From the NCBI GenBank assembly GCA_020627985.1, contig JAHDFV010000002.1:1-48755 (forward strand): a stretch of DNA of 48,755 nucleotides, in the 5' to 3' direction. Source of the stretch: Saprospiraceae bacterium (lineage in GTDB: Bacteria; Bacteroidota; Bacteroidia; Chitinophagales; Saprospiraceae). The notes under the pieces are model-generated. The model did no database searches, was not told the origin of the DNA, and worked only from the letters and a program-made list of their open reading frames with translations. Shown here in pieces: positions 46,176 to 48,755 of this stretch (positions within the stretch are counted from its first letter, which is position 1; the number at the start of each line of letters is the position of its first letter). Made by a program: the position numbers and the translations under genes.

Positions 46176-47758
46176 TAATTAAAAATAGTTTTTAGCGTAT
46201 TCTTAAAGTCTACTCTAATTTTTGTCGCTGTTTTTTGTGCATTATAGCCTAGGCAATATTGATATTTCTCAAATGCCACGCAAATATCACCTTTAACAAT
46301 CATTTTCAGACTATTAAGCATGATATATTCTTCATTTTTGATGATTTTAACATCGGGGTGAATGTGAAAATAAGCAGAAGCTTTCAAATTATTAGAATTT
46401 GTTAGCTCATCGGTGATCATAAACTGATTATTCTCTACTTTAAAAGTTCTGATATGTTCCGTACTTAAATGTTGATATCCATTGTGTTTTGCTTGAATAT
46501 CGTTTTTTTGATCTACTAAAATTTGGGTATATGCTCTTCTTCCTACTCTAAATCCGCCCCAAATTTCTGTTTGTTCCTCATTATTGATTCTGACTGTATT
46601 GTGAGATTGTGTGGATCGTTCTCTCATTCTATCTTCTCCAGCATTATAGGTAGAAATTCCTGTGTCTACAAAAATTGCTTTTAATTGATCCTGAAGTACA
46701 AAACTCAAAGAATCTGAATGTGCATGTCCTGGAATATAGTCTGGTCCGATATTGCCTACATCCACAATTACTTCCATTTCTTTGCATATCATTTTTCTAT
46801 ATCCACTTTCGGAAAGGGGAATATCATTTGCTTCAATTTCTAATCGATTTGCGTAATCGAATAATGTATTTGATGTTGGTGCTATTCCAACTGTTGCATC
46901 ATTTAACAAGGGAATTTGTCCATTTTTAAATGTAATTTGCCTTAGAAATGAAGCCATTCGTTTAGCATATTCTTTGCAAGAATCTTTAAATTTTTTAGAA
47001 AATTGATTTTCAATAGCTTCTAAAAAATTAATGGAATCCAATAAACGATACCATATAATTTGGTGATACATTGGACTTAATTCAAAATGCGAACCATCTT
47101 TTAAGATTTGTTCTTTTAGTTCGGCAGTTAGAATTTTCTCTGCAATTTTCTGAAAAGAGGTATTGTTAAAATATATCGCTCCAAATAGGAATGCAAAACC
47201 ATTTTCAAGGAGGTGATTTCCTAGTAAATGGTATTCTATATTCTTTTTTAAATGTAATAATTGACCATAAAGTAGTTGATCAATTTTGGGATCTTTTATT
47301 TGATTTTCGATGATAAATCGTACCCCAAATATGGTTCTTAAAGAAATGGGATACGGTTCAAAGCCATCTTTAATTTTTTCTTTCTTTTCTATAAAATCAT
47401 GAAGGTATCTTAGCTTCTCTTTTACTTCAATATCTTCTTGAAGAAGAAATTCAAAATAGGTTAGATTATAGGTCCATAATTTTCCATGTTTAGCTTCATT
47501 CCAATCTATGTTTTCAAACGATGTTTCTAGGTTTAAAAAACGAAAAGTATTGGGAGAGATCACTAATTTAACTGGTGGATTTACCGAAGGTTTCCAATAG
47601 ATTTTTTCAACTGGAATCACTTGAGGTTGATGATTAAAATCCTTTAGATCTATCCCTTTTTCCCATGTTTTTTTTAGGCGATACCAAAGTTGATATTGGA
47701 TTTGCTTAAGCTTAAGGTGTCTAAGCGTACGATAGTATAAACCTAATTTTGAAATCAA
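46175..47758 (-). CDS. heparinase II/III-like family protein
   Basis: 527 aa with an N-terminus (KLGLYYRTLRHLKLKQIQYQLWYRL) and a HAHSD region typical of the heparinase II/III-like proteins found in glycan clusters. TTG start. Confidence 0.6.
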   Translation of the reverse strand: MISKLGLYYRTLRHLKLKQIQYQLWYRLKKTWEKGIDLKDFNHQPQVIPVEKIYWKPSVNPPVKLVISPNTFRFLNLETSFENIDWNEAKHGKLWTYNLTYFEFLLQEDIEVKEKLRYLHDFIEKKEKIKDGFEPYPISLRTIFGVRFIIENQIKDPKIDQLLYGQLLHLKKNIEYHLLGNHLLENGFAFLFGAIYFNNTSFQKIAEKILTAELKEQILKDGSHFELSPMYHQIIWYRLLDSINFLEAIENQFSKKFKDSCKEYAKRMASFLRQITFKNGQIPLLNDATVGIAPTSNTLFDYANRLEIEANDIPLSESGYRKMICKEMEVIVDVGNIGPDYIPGHAHSDSLSFVLQDQLKAIFVDTGISTYNAGEDRMRERSTQSHNTVRINNEEQTEIWGGFRVGRRAYTQILVDQKNDIQAKHNGYQHLSTEHIRTFKVENNQFMITDELTNSNNLKASAYFHIHPDVKIIKNEEYIMLNSLKMIVKGDICVAFEKYQYCLGYNAQKTATKIRVDFKNTLKTIFN

Positions 47759-47776
47759 ACCTTTATTGTCGTCTTA

Positions 47777-48755
47777 TTAGACTTTATAATGTTCTTGATA
47801 TAAAATTTCTGCAATTCTTTCTGCGGCTTTACCATCCCAAAGTGGCGGAATAAGTCCTTGTTTCGATTTACCATCTAGAATTTCATTCATTTGAATTTTT
47901 ACTGTAGCTGGATCCAAATCTTTCATTAAGAAATTCGTACCTAATTCAACAGTAATGGGTCTTTCTGTAGAATCTCTGAATGTCATACAAGGTACCTGAA
48001 GAAAGGTTGTTTCTTCTTGAATTCCTCCTGAATCAGTAATGATTAAAGCGGCATTATCCATAAGTTTTAAAAACTGTAAATATCCTTGTGGCCCTATTAA
48101 AACTAAATTATCAATACTTTCTAATTCTTCATACAAACCATGCTTCTTTAAATTATTCGATGTTCTAGGATGTATGGCAAAAACCACTTTTTTCCTGGAA
48201 GCAGCATCTTTTATGATTTGAAGAATACTTTTCAAACCTTCTACTTTATCTACATTAGCTGGGCGGTGCATGGTCATTAAAATGTAGTCTTTTGGACTTA
48301 CATTTAATTCATTAAGAATACCAATGCTTTTAGATTTTTCTCTGAAATGAATTAAGGAATCAATCATGACATTCCCAACAAAAAATACTTTCTCATCTGG
48401 CACGCCTTCTTTTGCTAAATTGACTAATCCACTATGTTCCGTAATGAATAAATAATTACAAATAGCATCTGTAATGATTCGATTGACTTCTTCTGGCATT
48501 TTGCGGTCTCCGCTTCTCAAACCTGCTTCAACGTGCGCTACGGGAAATCCCATTTTCACACCAGTAATACTACAAGCAGCAGTAGCATTTACATCGCCTA
48601 CGACCAAAACTAGATCTGGTTTTTCTTCATTCAATACTTTTTCAAAAGCCAACATTACATTCGCTTTTTGATGTGTATGAGAGCCACCACCGATCCCTAA
48701 ATAAAAATGAGGTTGCGGTAAACCTAATTGATTAAAAAAGATATCGCTCATCTTT
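47777..48755 (-). CDS. UDP-N-acetylglucosamine 2-epimerase (non-hydrolysing), 5' end outside the window
   Basis: HVEAGLRSGDRKMPEEVNR and SDSGGIQEE motifs. The reading frame is open to the window edge, and about the first 50 codons are missing. Confidence 0.85.
   Translation of the reverse strand, partial: KMSDIFFNQLGLPQPHFYLGIGGGSHTHQKANVMLAFEKVLNEEKPDLVLVVGDVNATAACSITGVKMGFPVAHVEAGLRSGDRKMPEEVNRIITDAICNYLFITEHSGLVNLAKEGVPDEKVFFVGNVMIDSLIHFREKSKSIGILNELNVSPKDYILMTMHRPANVDKVEGLKSILQIIKDAASRKKVVFAIHPRTSNNLKKHGLYEELESIDNLVLIGPQGYLQFLKLMDNAALIITDSGGIQEETTFLQVPCMTFRDSTERPITVELGTNFLMKDLDPATVKIQMNEILDGKSKQGLIPPLWDGKAAERIAEILYQEHYKV

Noticed and set aside
1-48755. CRISPR arrays, rRNA genes, IS elements or transposases, prophage or defence-system gene sets
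   Set aside because: I scanned the ORF products and intergenic regions. I saw no regularly spaced direct repeats, no transposase, integrase or phage-like proteins, and no recognisable nuclease, ATPase or helicase defence modules.

Overview
AT-rich chromosomal window (roughly one-third G+C by eye) from a Bacteroidota, most likely a Flavobacteriia-type organism. Support for this: TAnnTTTG -7 promoter boxes, many lipoprotein and T9SS-style proteins, and a type-2 IleS. Positions 1-29,400 carry housekeeping and accessory genes: upp, a SAM-I-riboswitch-controlled metF, an AsmA-like protein, an M1 aminopeptidase, a CBM9/DUF5916-like protein, tRNA-Cys, a multi-PAS histidine kinase, lipoproteins, an ArsR module, a TetR-SDR pair, a frameshifted class-3 lipase, a SpoU-type methyltransferase, ileS and a 1,667-aa C25-peptidase-like protein. 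Positions 29,600-48,755 are one large surface-glycan locus made of two convergent operons. The first holds Wzm/Wzt ABC export, an SGNH protein, a methyltransferase and two GT2 genes. The second holds a sulfotransferase, GT4/GT9/GT4, manC, an fcl-cupin fusion, gmd, an outer-membrane barrel, a WbuB-like GT, a heparinase II/III-like protein and a truncated UDP-GlcNAc 2-epimerase. I saw no CRISPR array, rRNA, transposase or integrase. The best leads are small or unusual items the ORF track misses or cannot explain. (1) An ArsR repressor followed by an unannotated 34-aa Cys-rich membrane peptide, each preceded by the same perfect 16-bp palindrome. (2) An unannotated 55-aa peptide with a GG-type leader and three tandem 12-aa core repeats. 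(3) A lipoprotein with four GGX/GXY glycine-rich blocks. (4) A Lys-rich N-terminal extension on IleS. (5) An Fcl-PMI-cupin fusion. No clear multi-gene novel system (for example a defence island) could be supported from the sequence alone.
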